Positions 53,804 through 63,742 of a stretch of DNA of 64,000 bases are shown here, one piece after another. Location: positions 15,192 to 79,191 of IMG/VR virus record IMGVR_UViG_3300050821_002957; one strand, written 5' to 3'. The position numbers were made by a program, and so were the translations under genes. The notes under the pieces are model-generated. The model did not search any database. It was not told the origin of the DNA and was given only the letters and a program-made list of their open reading frames with translations. Source of the stretch: a virus. Each line of letters starts with the position of its first letter. Positions within the stretch are counted from its first letter, which is position 1.

Positions 53804-53833
53804 AACGCTCCCAGGACATTTCGACATAGAAAA

Positions 53834-53859
53834 GGCCCATCGGTGTCATCCGGTGGGCC
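53834..53859. terminator. 10-bp hairpin between convergent gene blocks; a U-tract on the minus strand (terminator for 53897-56347), weaker on the plus strand
   Basis: GGCCCATCGG-tgtcat-CCGGTGGGCC; the minus-strand RNA continues TTTTCTATG. Confidence 0.55.
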
Positions 53860-53896
53860 AAAATCGTTTATAGAGCGTTTCTGAGCGAAGAAAAGG

Positions 53897-56347
53897 CTAC
53901 TTGGTGAAGTCTGAGAGCTTCATGTTGTCGCCCTGATCCTTCACAAATGGCTTCTTTGCTGCCCCACCATGCTTTGGACAGTTGCCGCCACCCGTTCTGT
54001 AAAGACATTTCTTGTCGCCGCAATACAAATGTGGATTCTTTTCTTTGTTGAGTCGAACTTTCATTGCTGTCGAGTCCCGACCGGCTTCAGCCAAGACAGC
54101 TTTGAGCAGATTCATGTTCACTTCTTCGTAGTATGTTCCGCCCTGTGCGCCTCTGACTCGCTTCAATCCAAGGCTCGTCAGCGCATTATGTCTTGCTTTT
54201 GCATTTCCGGCACTCTTTTTACGAGATGCAATTTTGTTTAAGTGTTGATCAAGAGACTTAGCCGAGCTTCCTTCGTTCGGCGTCAAGCTCTTATTCGGAC
54301 CACGATGTTTCCAGCTTCCTTCTGGTGAAAGATGAACTGACGATGTGTCCTTATGACGATATGTCGAATAGTGTTCTGGATCGCTACTGACGTGACTGTA
54401 ACCATGCTTCTTCAAAACCTCATGATGTTGAGCATTGTACATCGCATGGTGTTCCATTTCCGATTCGTCAAACCGTTCTTTGTACTTCGCTGGTTTATCC
54501 TTTTTCGACCGGATGACTTTCTTTGCAGGTGGCATTCCGACCGCAGCTTTTGATCTACGCTTCATGTCTTCCGGCGTATCTTTGATCGTCATCGTATTGC
54601 TTTTGAACTTGGCGAACTTATTCTTGCCTTCAGACACGTCACCTTTCCAGAAACCAGGATGATGTGTACCAACTTTCTTTTCGTACTTCTCTTGATCATC
54701 TGCATCGGTTGGATGAATTGCTGTTCCGAAAGATCCGTGCTTGACGTGGAGCTTCGATCCATCATGATGACGATATTCTGGTGTCTTATTTTCGTTCGAT
54801 CCCATGTACATGTAATGCTTATCGTCCGAATCCTTTCTGATTAATGGATGCAAAATCGGCTTATCGACACTATGATCATAGTATCTGGTCTCATCGACTT
54901 TTTTGATCGACCCCCAAGCAGCAGAGTCTTTCATCTTGGCTTTGTCGTTGTCGGCGAGGAGCTTCTTATCCGGGCACGGCATATCAACAGCGTGCATTCT
55001 TCCACAGGCTTCACACTTCTCTAGCTTGTTTGCTCTTTGGATGTCCTTCGAGTCAGCTTCTTTTAATTTTTCCCAACCAGTCTTCGCTTTTTTTCGTGCT
55101 TCCTGTCTACGTTCGTTAGCTTTTTCAACATCATCGTCGGACCACATTTCTGGTGTGCTCTTACGATAAGAATCATACGGCGGATAACCAGTTTTGAGAT
55201 GCCGTGTGCGCTCTTGCGTCTTGACATCCGGGTAACCTTCAGTGACAAGCTCATGATGCCATTCATGCCCACCATTTCCCTTTTGTGCAGCGGCTTGACG
55301 ATTCAAATGATCGACATAATCTTGTGGCTTCGGATACTTGTGCTGTACGTTTCCACCAAATTTTTTTGGGAGTTCATGGAAACGATCTTGGTGAGCAATG
55401 CTGTGCAAGTGATCGTTGGTAATGTCAGCAGTACGGCTCTTTCCAGTCGGAACGTGAGTAACTTTCATTTTACCAAGAACAGCCTTGTCATTACTTGTTG
55501 ACTCCTTCAATTCTGCCTTATGCATTTTTGCTTGCTTGTCGTGATGATTCCAACGATTTACGTTAGGTTGGAAATTGGAGCCTTTAGGTGGTTGCGGAGC
55601 AAATTCACTACCTCTCGCTTTCAAATGAGCATTCATTGCCGAACGATGATCTTCTGGCTTGTTAGTTTTGTACGCCAGTCGAGTTGCTTTAGCTGCTAAA
55701 AGAGAATGTCCAGGATTTGCATCTGATCCAATCTCAATAGAGCCATTGCTAAATCCGCCACTTTCATTAACATTGTTCTCTGGGCCGAGCGCACGAGCAG
55801 TGTGAATCGACTGAGGATGATCAGTAGTAGGATGACGGTCGCCGCAGACTGCACAGTGAGTGCTCTGATCTGCTTCTTCAACCTTTTTGACTCGACCACC
55901 ACCATGACAAGTATGACAATCCGTAGCGTCATTCTTGCCTCTGAGTGAACCAACACCATGACACGTCGGACAAGGAGTGTATCCAGGTGCAGCCGTCCAT
56001 GAATTGGTGTGCTTGCTGGCATCTTTCACCCATGCGGTAGCTTCTGACAAAACATTTTTTAACAGAACTTCGGTCTCTTCTCTAACAGTGTGAAAGCGAG
56101 TGTCATGACCGGCTTTTTTCATAGCTGTCTTTGCTGCCTTTTCGGTCGCAGCATGAACGGTATCTACGTGTCTGTTGCTGGTCATGTCAATAACTCTCCA
56201 CGGCTTCTTTGGCGTATTCTCTTTTTCATGCACATGAGTCACATCGCCATAGTCACCAGTAGCGTAGGCTGTATCGTTTTTGAAGCGATGAGCCATACTG
56301 GTCATTTGGGTGTCCGCTTGATTCTTGCGCTTTGAAGTATAGTTCAT
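53897..56347 (-). CDS. giant His/Lys/Asp-rich low-complexity late protein (816 aa) with DnaJ-type CxxCxGxG zinc-finger motifs and further Cys pairs
   Basis: CPTCHGVGS...CHTCHGGGR...CAVCGDRH; CEACGRMH...PCP; C-terminal CGDKKC...CPKHGG. TAAATG junction with the upstream gene. Confidence 0.6.
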   Translation of the reverse strand: MNYTSKRKNQADTQMTSMAHRFKNDTAYATGDYGDVTHVHEKENTPKKPWRVIDMTSNRHVDTVHAATEKAAKTAMKKAGHDTRFHTVREETEVLLKNVLSEATAWVKDASKHTNSWTAAPGYTPCPTCHGVGSLRGKNDATDCHTCHGGGRVKKVEEADQSTHCAVCGDRHPTTDHPQSIHTARALGPENNVNESGGFSNGSIEIGSDANPGHSLLAAKATRLAYKTNKPEDHRSAMNAHLKARGSEFAPQPPKGSNFQPNVNRWNHHDKQAKMHKAELKESTSNDKAVLGKMKVTHVPTGKSRTADITNDHLHSIAHQDRFHELPKKFGGNVQHKYPKPQDYVDHLNRQAAAQKGNGGHEWHHELVTEGYPDVKTQERTRHLKTGYPPYDSYRKSTPEMWSDDDVEKANERRQEARKKAKTGWEKLKEADSKDIQRANKLEKCEACGRMHAVDMPCPDKKLLADNDKAKMKDSAAWGSIKKVDETRYYDHSVDKPILHPLIRKDSDDKHYMYMGSNENKTPEYRHHDGSKLHVKHGSFGTAIHPTDADDQEKYEKKVGTHHPGFWKGDVSEGKNKFAKFKSNTMTIKDTPEDMKRRSKAAVGMPPAKKVIRSKKDKPAKYKERFDESEMEHHAMYNAQHHEVLKKHGYSHVSSDPEHYSTYRHKDTSSVHLSPEGSWKHRGPNKSLTPNEGSSAKSLDQHLNKIASRKKSAGNAKARHNALTSLGLKRVRGAQGGTYYEEVNMNLLKAVLAEAGRDSTAMKVRLNKEKNPHLYCGDKKCLYRTGGGNCPKHGGAAKKPFVKDQGDNMKLSDFTK

Positions 56348-58099
56348 TTACTTCTTCTTGCCCACCATGCCCACGTTCCACTTAACGTGTTGTTTGCATT
56401 TTTCATTCGGATGTTCAGCAGCAACCTTTCCACAATTGTTGCAAATTGGATCTTTGAGCTTCTTCTTTTGATCGGCTGTCAAACCTTCCGCCATCAACTT
56501 GGCGTACTCTTGTGAAATAGTTACCGACTCAGTTTTGACTCCACCCGGTTTGTCGCCCGGAAAGCCAGTTTTCTTTTTTGCTGCGGTATGCTTTACGTAA
56601 TTCTTCTCGTCAACCAAACCAGGAGTGCCATGTTTGCCGCCCATATTGAGAACCCACCCGCCATGACTAGAACGCATGACAGCTTTGCCTCTTTGTGTTT
56701 GACCTTGAGGAGTTTTGATGTGAACTGTGTCACCGTGACCAATTTCATTAAAGGCTTCGACGATTTCTTCTTCGGCCATATCATTGTGCGAGTCTGGTCC
56801 ACTGTAATGCTGACACATTGGGCTGTGCTTCTCATTATCATGGCAAGAGCTTACGCAATCTTTGGTTGGTTTGAATTTTCCAACAGCAAGTCCTTGAGAA
56901 CGAGACGACCGCATAAGTGCTGCTTTGTCGTCAGAAACGTCTTCTACGATTGCACTAACTTTTTTTTTAGGATCTACAGATTCCATAAGACCGGCCACTT
57001 CAGCACGGTGTTTGATGTAACCAGCAGCCGCAGCAATGATCGGATCGACTTCTTCATTCTGAGAAGCAGTATCGTTCATTCCCTTCATGCGATTATTGGC
57101 TTTTTGAATTGCCTTTGGTCCCTTGTCTTCCGGGTCGGCCTGCATGTTTGAAAATGCATTCGCCGGATTGTACATAATTGCTGATGCATGTGAGATCACG
57201 TCCGCATCGCCACCAGGAGTCTGTGGATAAGCAGTAGGAATGTGAGCCTGTTGTGTCACACCGAAATCATCAGCTTCATTCTTTGATGTTGGGCACATGC
57301 ACATCGAGCCATTGCAAGATTTCGGCATATTACCACTGGAGCCACCACATGTCGGGCAATAGCTGCATGGACAATTTTTTGTGGTACAAGTATTTTTTGC
57401 TTTCTCATCTTCAGTCATACCGACCATTGCATCATTGGCATCTTGAAAATTTGCAGCTTCACCCTCGTAGGTTGCGCCTTCTGGGTTATTTGCATAATCA
57501 GCTTGAGGATTGTTGAATCCAATCTCACCTTCGCCCATAACACGCTTTATTTGTGCTTGTGCTCTACGACGCTTCGGGACAACTTTGTTTGCAACTTTGT
57601 TTACGACGCCCTTCATCTTATTCAAAATTTCGCCTTCATAAGTTGCGCCCTTTGGATTTTTTGCATAATCGGCTTCCGGGTCTTTGAATTCAATGTCGGT
57701 CTCACCCATCATGTCAGGAGAGGAAGACTCTTCATCTTCACCAAGAGAATGATGATTCTTGGCTGCGCTCTTCATAGCCTTTGCGCCGTACTTTTCTACA
57801 CCGACCTTGTGAGCGATGGCACCTGCGTAAGCAGCACTCTTTCCACCAGCTTCGAGCTTACCTACGAGCTTCTTGAAACCAATATGCTTCTCAGCTACGA
57901 AGACTTCTACTAACTGTTTTGCCGTTTCAAACGCAATGCCCTGTGCAATACGAATGCCCATACGTTGCTGATTGTTATTGTACACCGATTCATAGATGTC
58001 GTTGACTTCCTTACGAACATCTTCAGGCAAAGAAGCGTAAGCCGGATATTTTGCAATGTCATTGGTCTCGACATCGTTCATGTTTCTAAAAAAGCTCAT
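56348..58099 (-). CDS. giant charged low-complexity late protein (583 aa) with Cys clusters and a C-terminal zinc-knuckle-like CNNCG...H...C..H
   Basis: CPCSYCPTCGGSSGNMPKSCNGSMCMCP; duplicated segment ADYA(K/N)NP(K/E)GATYEGE; late CTCTAAATACGAC motif about 30 nt upstream. Confidence 0.6.
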   Translation of the reverse strand: MSFFRNMNDVETNDIAKYPAYASLPEDVRKEVNDIYESVYNNNQQRMGIRIAQGIAFETAKQLVEVFVAEKHIGFKKLVGKLEAGGKSAAYAGAIAHKVGVEKYGAKAMKSAAKNHHSLGEDEESSSPDMMGETDIEFKDPEADYAKNPKGATYEGEILNKMKGVVNKVANKVVPKRRRAQAQIKRVMGEGEIGFNNPQADYANNPEGATYEGEAANFQDANDAMVGMTEDEKAKNTCTTKNCPCSYCPTCGGSSGNMPKSCNGSMCMCPTSKNEADDFGVTQQAHIPTAYPQTPGGDADVISHASAIMYNPANAFSNMQADPEDKGPKAIQKANNRMKGMNDTASQNEEVDPIIAAAAGYIKHRAEVAGLMESVDPKKKVSAIVEDVSDDKAALMRSSRSQGLAVGKFKPTKDCVSSCHDNEKHSPMCQHYSGPDSHNDMAEEEIVEAFNEIGHGDTVHIKTPQGQTQRGKAVMRSSHGGWVLNMGGKHGTPGLVDEKNYVKHTAAKKKTGFPGDKPGGVKTESVTISQEYAKLMAEGLTADQKKKLKDPICNNCGKVAAEHPNEKCKQHVKWNVGMVGKKK

Positions 58100-58132
58100 T
58101 GTATAGGTCTCCCACGTAGGTGCTAGTCGTAT

Positions 58133-58723
58133 TTAGAGTTTTGACAACCTACAATGTCTGCTATTAAACATTTTTTCTTTTGTAGTTTCTGACAAAATTT
58201 TCCCTTTATGAGCACGACCGATAGCTGCTTTGGCTTCATCTGAGTGCGAATAGGTCATTCCAACTGCGTACTGATTTCCTCTCATCTGTTCCCGTTTTCG
58301 TGCCCGACCTTCTTCAGTGAGCTTTGCTTGCTTTGCCCATTCAGCGGCCTGGAGTCTGGCCTCAGGATGTTTTTGAAAGTAAACCACCCTGCACTCTCGA
58401 AGTTTTTGTTTAGTCGCTTCAGAATGTTTGTGACCGTAACCTTCACCACCCGGCTTCATGTTATAGCCTGTTTCTATTGTGTTGAGTTTAACGATCCAAT
58501 CTCGTTCTTTCTGATTGAGTGATTCTTTATCAGTAGCGACATCTATTGTTTCGATCAGAAAGACTTCAGAACCATATTTTCGGATCGCACGATGAATGGT
58601 AGTTTGAGAGCCTTTTCGTACTTCTGATTTATGTTGCTGAAATCGCTTCATTGCAGTAACCATCGTTTTGCCAACGTACTGCTTTCCATTGATTGTGTTT
58701 GTAAGAGTGTAAATAATCATCAC
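58133..58723 (-). CDS. GIY-YIG homing endonuclease (Seg/I-TevI-like) with NUMOD3-type repeats
   Basis: IYTLTNTINGKQYVGKT...R...H...N GIY-YIG core; HSEATKQKLRE and HSDEAKAAIGRAHKGK NUMOD3-like modules. Confidence 0.7.
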   Translation of the reverse strand: MMIIYTLTNTINGKQYVGKTMVTAMKRFQQHKSEVRKGSQTTIHRAIRKYGSEVFLIETIDVATDKESLNQKERDWIVKLNTIETGYNMKPGGEGYGHKHSEATKQKLRECRVVYFQKHPEARLQAAEWAKQAKLTEEGRARKREQMRGNQYAVGMTYSHSDEAKAAIGRAHKGKILSETTKEKMFNSRHCRLSKL

Positions 58724-58750
58724 TCTTATATAGGCTCAATGAAGAATTGA

Positions 58751-59494
58751 CTACCCCATGATAAAATCTATAGGCAATTGGAATTCGTCGTGAACTTGCT
58801 GTTCTAACTTTTCGATATTGTCGAGTGCTTTTTGGTAAATGTCGGCACCGTTTAAAGTTACACCACCGAGCAGGGCAACTCCTTGATATTTAATCAGGTT
58901 CTCACCCCACTGACGCCGTAGCAATTCAGTCGTATAGGCCATCAGCCAACGATCTCGATAGACATCTGGGTAAACATCCGGGTCCAAAATTCTATAACAT
59001 TCAATAATGTAGTAATCGCCGACAGAGACCGACGACCAATCCAACAGAATGCGAAGTTGCATCTGGTGACGAACAAACAAGATACCAGGGTCCGCATTGA
59101 ACTCAAATTCCAAGAGTGCAAGATGCTTCTGCATGATGTCGTAGTGAATGATCGATGTACTCGTAAAAGTATACAAGTCATTCAAGCGCATCTGATATTG
59201 AACGTCGAACAACCCGATGTTGCTGGCATTTGAATTTGCAGTCGGCAAAACACGAGTAACAGAGATGATCGGGGCCGGAATCGGAATGTACTCATTTGTA
59301 ATATCCTGAGCCGTCATTTGATGGGCAAGATACACTCTTTCTACGCCGTCGAAGTGATAGTCTTGAAAGTAGAGAAAGGCATCATCTACACGGTCTTCAA
59401 TTTGCCCTGGATCGAGGTTAATTTCGATTACAGGAGCACCAAGTCTACGTAAGCAATAGTCGATCAGTTCTTGTCGGTTTGTTGGTAACGCCAT
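58751..59494 (-). CDS. 13: neck protein, T4 gp13 family
   Basis: CLRRLGAPVIEINLDPGQIEDRVDDAFLYFQDYHFDG corresponds to T4 gp13 [37 protein letters not shown]; C-terminal LLGGVTLNGADIYQKALDNIEKLEQQ corresponds to [26 protein letters not shown]. Confidence 0.8.
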   Translation of the reverse strand: MALPTNRQELIDYCLRRLGAPVIEINLDPGQIEDRVDDAFLYFQDYHFDGVERVYLAHQMTAQDITNEYIPIPAPIISVTRVLPTANSNASNIGLFDVQYQMRLNDLYTFTSTSIIHYDIMQKHLALLEFEFNADPGILFVRHQMQLRILLDWSSVSVGDYYIIECYRILDPDVYPDVYRDRWLMAYTTELLRRQWGENLIKYQGVALLGGVTLNGADIYQKALDNIEKLEQQVHDEFQLPIDFIMG

Positions 59495-59502
59495 ATCACT
59501 AT

Positions 59503-60588
59503 TTATTGCCAGCTTACTAAGGTAACAGAAGTAGACAAACCAGTTCCAGTATCAGGGCCAACAAAAAATCCTAACGTTGCAGGCATTCCAGTGTATGTGG
59601 TCCTAGCCAGTGTTCTGAAAGGTAGAAAAACCAAGCCATCCATTGAATAGGTGTATGTGATGTTTACACCATCGTCGGAAACTCTGAACCACATTATTGG
59701 CCCTACATAGTTACCGTTCGGAGCAGTTGCATCTAAACCACCCCAACTATTTGGACCACTCCAATGTTCTGTTGCTAACATATAATTGGTGGTTCCTTGA
59801 TTCACCAATCCCATGCTGAAAAATGCTCCCGTTGAATCTGAGACCATAATACCTAAATTAGACCAGGCTCCGTTCGATTGAGCTAACATGAAACCGGCTG
59901 TTCTTGTATATGGTGTAGACGGCAAAGGAATTGTAGCACCTACAATCATGTTACAAGATGATGCTGTTCCAGTCAGAGTCATAACTCCATTCGTCACCAA
60001 AGTTCCAGCACCACCACAATTACCTGCCAAATTCAAAGGAGTCCACGAAAGGTTGCTAGGAAGAGTTACCGGAAAACCCAACACCCAATCTGCCCAAGTA
60101 AAACCATCGCATTCACTTACATCTGGTATATCAGTTGAATAATACAGAGCACCTGCGGAAGCACATGTAGGACGAGCAGAAAATGTTCCTCTAGTAGCAC
60201 TGGAGCCTCCTCCACCACCACCGGAAGCATTGATCGTAATGCTCGCTAGACCACCGCTAAAAGATGGTGTAAGGGAAATACCAGAACCAGGAACTAAATT
60301 AAAAGTCGTAGCCGTACCCACAGCGGAACCATTACTCTGAATCGGCAAAGAACCAGGAGGCGTAGCAGTGATAATGGTCTGATTGTTTACAGAATCGTCG
60401 GTGCAAGTCGTGCCAGTGCTACAGTTCAACACAGGTCTTGGTGTTAACATGCTACCTGCATTCTTGATGATATAATATGCAGCCTGTGTGATCCCACTTC
60501 CTTTGACTTCAAGATTGACTGCCGCAATCAATACCATAATGCTAACGATGAATGCGATTGTATGTTTGATGTTGAACCGATTTTTCAT
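59503..60588 (-). CDS. structural-region protein with an N-terminal transmembrane / signal-anchor segment
   Basis: MKNRFNIKHTIAFIVSIMVLIAAVNLEV; Gly/Thr-rich beta-type composition. Confidence 0.5.
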   Translation of the reverse strand: MKNRFNIKHTIAFIVSIMVLIAAVNLEVKGSGITQAAYYIIKNAGSMLTPRPVLNCSTGTTCTDDSVNNQTIITATPPGSLPIQSNGSAVGTATTFNLVPGSGISLTPSFSGGLASITINASGGGGGGSSATRGTFSARPTCASAGALYYSTDIPDVSECDGFTWADWVLGFPVTLPSNLSWTPLNLAGNCGGAGTLVTNGVMTLTGTASSCNMIVGATIPLPSTPYTRTAGFMLAQSNGAWSNLGIMVSDSTGAFFSMGLVNQGTTNYMLATEHWSGPNSWGGLDATAPNGNYVGPIMWFRVSDDGVNITYTYSMDGLVFLPFRTLARTTYTGMPATLGFFVGPDTGTGLSTSVTLVSWQ

Positions 60589-60590
60589 AT

Positions 60591-62189
60591 TTAATGTGCT
60601 CCCATTCCGTACACTGCAACATATCCGCTGTTGGTGGTTACGAATATTTTACCATCGGCCACTAAAGGTGATACATATTTAGCCATGCTTCCTAACGCAT
60701 CACCAACTACATTAGTGCTGTTCCAATATTCCGACAACGTTACGGGATTATAAGCGTATAATACTCCCGACCGTATTGAACCGAATGCTCCTCCAGCGGT
60801 CGTGGCTACAAACCACAATATTCCATTGAAGGCACCCATTGAAGAAATCGTCATAGCACTCGCACCAGGGAAAGAAAAATTCGTTCCTGAAATTGTAGGT
60901 GTGGTGTTAAATGTTGTTCCACTATACGTAAAAGCGTAGATTGGACCACCAGTGATTGGAAGGTACAAAGTATTCAAACCAAAAGCGCCGCCATAAGAGC
61001 CGGAAGAACCTCCGTAAATATTATTACCTGTAGTCGTAAAATTCTGTAGCGGACACCCCGAAGAACCTTGCAAATGTCCCATACACGAAGTACTGACATT
61101 ATACACACTAAAATCTTTACCAGCGATCTCTAATTGACCTCCAGGTAACAGCATAACTCGCCCTGAACTAAGGTCTGCATCCGAGCCATTTAAAGCTGCA
61201 TAGTTAGCTGGAGTAAACCAATCCACAACAGCAAGTGTCGGACTCAACTTGACCACCGACTCACCATAATTGGTAGTACCATCATAGGTTCCGTTGCCAG
61301 TTGCTACGTACAAATTCCCTGAGGCATCTACAGCAGGACCACCGCCAGCCATCCAAACCCCGCCGCCATAGCCATTAGGTGTAGAGCACCAAATACCAAT
61401 TTGCGATAAACTGGTAGTCGAATAACCCACTACCCATCCGTGATAAACACCATTGTCTTCTGGCATCCCAGCAAATGCTACATAAACATTTCCGTTAGCC
61501 AAAGTAATGGATGATCTACCGTTTGCAAGAAAGCTGTTTAACACTACATTAGATCCGCTTAGATCATCCCCGCCTCCGGGATTACCACCGCCTACTACCG
61601 TTCCTGACACCACGATTGTATTTAAGAGTGTTCCAGTGGTCAAACTTAAAATTCTGATTTGCCACGAAGGTGAAGTAGCGTCTCCACATAACAAGTAAAG
61701 TTTTTGAGCTACAACATCTACTGCCGGGGTCGCAATACAACCTAAATGTCCTTGATAATAACCTTCAGATCCAGACGAACCTGGATATGAGGCAATAGAG
61801 TTTCCTATCACATTGGTCCAAACAGATGTGAAACGATTGGCATCATAAGCATAGACCCGATTTTCAGCGGTAGCCACGATGATCAAATCTTGTTGACCAG
61901 AAGATGTAACGACACCAGGGACAAACAAAGGCTGAGTCCATGCATCTCCAATTATTGGTAATGTAGTGAGTAGCCCAAAATGTCCTCCAGTGACATTCGC
62001 TGGAGTTAACACAAATTCTAGATTATTCCAACTTCTTCTATTGGTGTCCCAATGCCCTGTAAGCATTGATATGGGGGCTTGAGGTACAGCCACCGGACTA
62101 AAGACATTTGATTGTGCCCCGAGAGGCAAACTATTTGAGTTGGAAAAAATAAGAAGAAAAACGATCCATTTAATAAGAGTACGTGACAA
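60591..62189 (-). CDS. predicted secreted beta-propeller-like protein (Sec signal peptide)
   Basis: [27 protein letters not shown] signal peptide; recurring ...LY.A...G...A.D motifs typical of PQQ/BamB-like propellers. Confidence 0.5.
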   Translation of the reverse strand: MSRTLIKWIVFLLIFSNSNSLPLGAQSNVFSPVAVPQAPISMLTGHWDTNRRSWNNLEFVLTPANVTGGHFGLLTTLPIIGDAWTQPLFVPGVVTSSGQQDLIIVATAENRVYAYDANRFTSVWTNVIGNSIASYPGSSGSEGYYQGHLGCIATPAVDVVAQKLYLLCGDATSPSWQIRILSLTTGTLLNTIVVSGTVVGGGNPGGGDDLSGSNVVLNSFLANGRSSITLANGNVYVAFAGMPEDNGVYHGWVVGYSTTSLSQIGIWCSTPNGYGGGVWMAGGGPAVDASGNLYVATGNGTYDGTTNYGESVVKLSPTLAVVDWFTPANYAALNGSDADLSSGRVMLLPGGQLEIAGKDFSVYNVSTSCMGHLQGSSGCPLQNFTTTGNNIYGGSSGSYGGAFGLNTLYLPITGGPIYAFTYSGTTFNTTPTISGTNFSFPGASAMTISSMGAFNGILWFVATTAGGAFGSIRSGVLYAYNPVTLSEYWNSTNVVGDALGSMAKYVSPLVADGKIFVTTNSGYVAVYGMGAH

Positions 62190-63450
62190 TGCCGCCTCCT
62201 ACTACTGCACTTCCCAAGTTTACACACACAGCTTGACTAACTGGTGTCGGTTGTAATTGAAATGTGCTATCAATGGTGATACCGCCGAGGGGAGGCATTA
62301 CACCTGTGATGGATGTAGTGCCAGTACCACAATTAGACCCGGTTCCATATACAAGTTGGAAAGAAACTGCACTGGCAAAATTGATCATAATACCACAAAT
62401 CGTAACTGGGTTACCTGTTGACACCGCAATAATCTGAGTCAAACCTGAAGCAGAAAGTGTAATCGGCGCACTGCTTGTACAAGTTACTCCACCGCCGCCA
62501 GCCCCTAAGCCAGCGATTACATCTTGAACATAGTGAGTCGTTGCAAAATTTGTCGAGTCATCGGAGTCCGAAGGATTTGGTCCAGAAACAGTCCCACTAA
62601 ACTGACAGTTGTCATTCAGCGGACAAAGATTGCTACCTGTAGCGCCGACACCTTGAGTTGCTGCTGCTCCTAAACCTAGATTCGTTCTCGCTGTTGCAGC
62701 ATTTGCCAAATCCGAAAGATTGTTTGCTGCGGCTGCAAAATCGGTTGTAGGATGAGTTGCAATGGAACCAAGTCCCAGATTAGTTCTTGCCGTCGATGCT
62801 GATCCCAAATCCGAAAGATTGTTGCTTGCCAAAAGACGAAGACCAAGAGCAGTTTGAAGATCAGTCTGTGAACCAATTGTTCCACCAATCGAACCCCAAT
62901 TTGCACCACCACCACCCCCGGCTGCACCCACCTGAGTAGCCGCTGTAACTCGACCGTCTAGACCAATCGTGATCTGTGGAATATGTGTAGAATCGCCATA
63001 CGTGCCATTGGTGACACCACTGTTGGCAATCGTGGGATTAGGGTAGTTACCCGCCAACGATCCGCCTGCACTCGCTGTAGCACCGAGGAAGGCACTGGTG
63101 TTCTGAACTGCTGCCGATCCCAAACCTAAATTTGTTCTTGCCGTCGATGCTGATCCCAAATCCGAAAGATTATTACCTGCTACCAAGAAATAAGAAGCTG
63201 GATGAATCGCTGCTGTCCCGATTCCCAAATTAGCCAGAGTTGTAGAGACACTTGCTACGTCAGACAAATTGTTCGCAGGGTTCAACGGAGTGTATCCTAG
63301 GAGATTCTGTTTTAGGGCAATAGCATTGAAAGCCGCAGTGATGTTGCTGTTGACAGCCGAAGGAATATTCTTGATTGCAATGTTATTTGGAAGTGGTGTT
63401 TGTGCTGAAAGGGTAGCCACACAAAAAGCTAAGAGTAAGAGTTTTTTCAT
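62170..63450 (-). CDS. fibre-like protein with a classic Sec signal peptide and NLSD(L/V).S..TAR.NLGLG repeats
   Basis: Start taken at [17 protein letters not shown] (TAATG coupling to the upstream gene); at least three copies of the phage tail-fibre repeat; GNYPNPT and [27 protein letters not shown] motifs shared with the other fibres. Confidence 0.55.
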   Translation of the reverse strand: MKKLLLLAFCVATLSAQTPLPNNIAIKNIPSAVNSNITAAFNAIALKQNLLGYTPLNPANNLSDVASVSTTLANLGIGTAAIHPASYFLVAGNNLSDLGSASTARTNLGLGSAAVQNTSAFLGATASAGGSLAGNYPNPTIANSGVTNGTYGDSTHIPQITIGLDGRVTAATQVGAAGGGGGANWGSIGGTIGSQTDLQTALGLRLLASNNLSDLGSASTARTNLGLGSIATHPTTDFAAAANNLSDLANAATARTNLGLGAAATQGVGATGSNLCPLNDNCQFSGTVSGPNPSDSDDSTNFATTHYVQDVIAGLGAGGGGVTCTSSAPITLSASGLTQIIAVSTGNPVTICGIMINFASAVSFQLVYGTGSNCGTGTTSITGVMPPLGGITIDSTFQLQPTPVSQAVCVNLGSAVVGGGIVTYSY

Positions 63451-63740
63451 TAGAATTGATCCGCCGTCGCTGCTACTATGTTTGCAGCCAATTGTGCTTC
63501 GTCTGCCGTCATATTTAGTGACCGATACAGATACCATGTACCGTTGTAAAAATATCCAACCGATTGCGATCCTGACAAACTTACTGTGTCAGCAGGTGTT
63601 ACGGTTTTCCATGCATTGTTATAAGCTGTTCCCGGATTTGAGTCGTTCCCATTGTAAGGATCGACGTAAAAATTATACGTCGTATTTACGGTGGCCTGTC
63701 CTGAGAACACAGCCTTGACAGCATACAACGGTATAAACAT
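63450..63740 (-). CDS. hypothetical small structural-region protein
   Basis: ORF coupled to the downstream gene. Confidence 0.4.
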   Translation of the reverse strand: MFIPLYAVKAVFSGQATVNTTYNFYVDPYNGNDSNPGTAYNNAWKTVTPADTVSLSGSQSVGYFYNGTWYLYRSLNMTADEAQLAANIVAATADQF

Positions 63741-63742
63741 GA

